This document shows, one piece after another, positions 30,437 to 32,000 of a stretch of DNA of 32,000 bases (positions within the stretch are counted from its first letter, which is position 1; each line of letters starts with the position of its first letter). Position numbers and translations under genes: made by a program. This DNA comes from Candidatus Heimdallarchaeota archaeon (lineage in GTDB: Archaea > Asgardarchaeota > Heimdallarchaeia > Heimdallarchaeales > Heimdallarchaeaceae). The stretch spans positions 261,569-293,568 of the forward strand of contig JAUVXV010000004.1 of assembly GCA_030603365.1 (NCBI GenBank), written 5' to 3'. The notes beneath the pieces were generated by a model that made no database searches, was not told where the DNA came from, and was given only the letters and a program-made list of their open reading frames with translations.

Positions 30437-31930
30437 ATGAAACATATCTTAAATTCTGAACTAAAAAGTATTGAGAAGTTAGTAATTCAAGGTGAATATA
30501 AGCAGGCCCATGAATTGATAGATCAATACTTAGATAATGTAGGTCTTTCCATTGAGGATCATATAAACTGTAAAATCCTCAAAACCAGAATTTACTACCT
30601 CACACAACCCTACTCTTTAAGTTTAGAATTTGGTGAAGATGCTCTTGAGAAAAGTAAGGAAATTAGTAATAATTACTTGATTTTTGATTCCGCAATCCGG
30701 ATTTGTAATATTCTTATGATTACAGGAAGAATTGATGAGATGCGGAAAAAACTTGAAATTGTTGAACAAGCTCTGAATTCTATCGAAAATAAAGATGATA
30801 TCGAATATCTTAGAAGAAAATCACTCTTTCTCAGATCTAGACACGGTTATAGCTCAGGGTTTGATGTTATATTTGAAAGTTTGAGTCAAAGTATGAAAAT
30901 AGCAGAACAAATTAATGATGATTATGAAAAAGCAAGGGTTTTATTTGATCTAGGTAATCTACACAGCTTCTTTGATAAGAAGTCAGAGGCTCTCACATTT
31001 TATGAACAATGCTTAACTGTTGCTGAAAAGACTGGTGATATTGAACTAATGATGGGATCACAAACTAATACTGCAGACATATATATGTTAAAAGGAGAAC
31101 TAGAAGAAGCATTTAAACTTCATAAGAACGCACTAGTATTAGCAAAAAAAATGAACTCGCCTTTCATTGTAGCTATTCTTCTTGGAGACATTGGTTTTCA
31201 TTATTGGCATAAAGGAGATATAATATCAATGTACAGTTATTATGAACAAAGTATAGCTTCTTTCGAACAAGCTAAAAATACTACTCATTGGCATTATCCA
31301 ACATCTATTTTTAATTTAGCTCTGATCTCGTTAGAATTGGAAGATGTGAAAAGAGCTGTAGAAATTCAAGATAAAATTGAATCTATTAAAAACCAACATG
31401 AAGATACACACCTCAGTCACAGACTATTCACTCTTTTAAAGGTAATAATTCTTAAACATCAATTATTTCAAGGGAAGGAAACAGATACAAAAACACGTTT
31501 ACAAATAGAAAGAATATTGGAAGACGTATCTTTTGCTAAATTTGTATATGCCGATCTTAATAAAATTGCTTTGTTTCATCTTTGTGATTTTTATGTTAAT
31601 GAGTATCATTCTTCGAAGGATGATTCAATATATGAAAAGCTAAAAACAACTATTTCTAGATTTACACAAAGAGCTGACAAGCAAAAATCCTACGTCTTAC
31701 TCGCTGAAGCTTATTTGTTTGAATCCCAGATGAAGTTAATAGATTTCAATACAAATGAAGCTAAAAACCTATTGAATAAAGCCCAGAAAATAGCCGATGA
31801 AAAAGGCATTTACAAGCTTGGGACTTTAATCTCAAACACGCATGATAAACTTATTGAGCAACACGATTTGTGGGAAAACGCTACACATCAGTTACCAGAT
31901 ATTATTGAAAGGATGGGTTGTCTCATCTAG
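30437..31930 (+). CDS. TPR-repeat protein
   Basis: It has repeated 34-aa-like helical units (for example ARVLFDLGNLHSFFDKKSEALTFYEQCLTVAEKTGD and GSQTNTADIYMLKGELEEAFKLHKNALVLAKK). I chose ATG at 30437 (MKHILN) because the ORF track N-terminus (30272-30436) runs through the SRP RNA gene. Confidence 0.72.
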   Translation: MKHILNSELKSIEKLVIQGEYKQAHELIDQYLDNVGLSIEDHINCKILKTRIYYLTQPYSLSLEFGEDALEKSKEISNNYLIFDSAIRICNILMITGRIDEMRKKLEIVEQALNSIENKDDIEYLRRKSLFLRSRHGYSSGFDVIFESLSQSMKIAEQINDDYEKARVLFDLGNLHSFFDKKSEALTFYEQCLTVAEKTGDIELMMGSQTNTADIYMLKGELEEAFKLHKNALVLAKKMNSPFIVAILLGDIGFHYWHKGDIISMYSYYEQSIASFEQAKNTTHWHYPTSIFNLALISLELEDVKRAVEIQDKIESIKNQHEDTHLSHRLFTLLKVIILKHQLFQGKETDTKTRLQIERILEDVSFAKFVYADLNKIALFHLCDFYVNEYHSSKDDSIYEKLKTTISRFTQRADKQKSYVLLAEAYLFESQMKLIDFNTNEAKNLLNKAQKIADEKGIYKLGTLISNTHDKLIEQHDLWENATHQLPDIIERMGCLI

Positions 31931-32000
31931 AGGATTTATTAGACAAACTTGTACACAACAAAATCTCCTATGCGGATGTTATTCAAGAAGCAGAGAAACC

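Noticed and set aside
31918-32000. Possible start of a downstream plus-strand CDS (TTG at 31918, LSHLEDLLDKLVHNKISYADVIQEAEK...) overlapping the TPR gene stop
   Set aside because: Only about 27 codons are visible, the start is non-ATG and there is no motif. It cannot be supported from this window.

Overview
This is a visibly AT-rich chromosomal segment that looks archaeal. Supporting signs are an e-MtaB/CDKAL1-type methylthiotransferase, an RPA-like OB-fold protein, a roughly 330-nt SRP (7S) RNA, TATA-like/oligo-T transcription signals and an archaeal-type 5S sequence. I cannot assign a lineage from sequence alone, and no composition statistics were computed.

Layout:
- 1-9.1 kb, housekeeping genes: thioredoxin fragment, gyrB-gyrA operon, a truncated carbamate-kinase-like ORF, tRNA methylthiotransferase, RPA-like protein, YccF, flavodoxin.
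- 9.17-9.56 kb, RNA genes: a 5S rRNA gene and tRNA-Ser(GCU), divergently arranged.
- 10.3-29 kb, a [NiFe]-hydrogenase island: hypE-hypF, a membrane-arm operon (NuoH/A/J/K/L/N-like), a convergent soluble-arm operon (NuoC-like, [NiFe] large subunit, NuoI-like, NuoB-like small subunit), hypD-hypC, a maturation endopeptidase, flavodoxin and several unknowns.
- 30.0-31.9 kb: an SRP RNA gene hidden under spurious ORFs, then a TPR protein.

Two results stand out:
1. The 5S rRNA gene is circularly permuted. Its 3' half is encoded upstream of its 5' half, the native helix I termini are capped by a UACG tetraloop, and the new ends lie in a 10-bp leader/trailer helix with bulge-helix-bulge-like geometry plus an extra hairpin.
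2. The group-4 [NiFe] hydrogenase keeps intact Ni-Fe cysteine ligands but is paired with a complex-I-type membrane arm that includes NuoA-, NuoJ- and true NuoL-like subunits.

I saw no CRISPR arrays, transposases or integrases.
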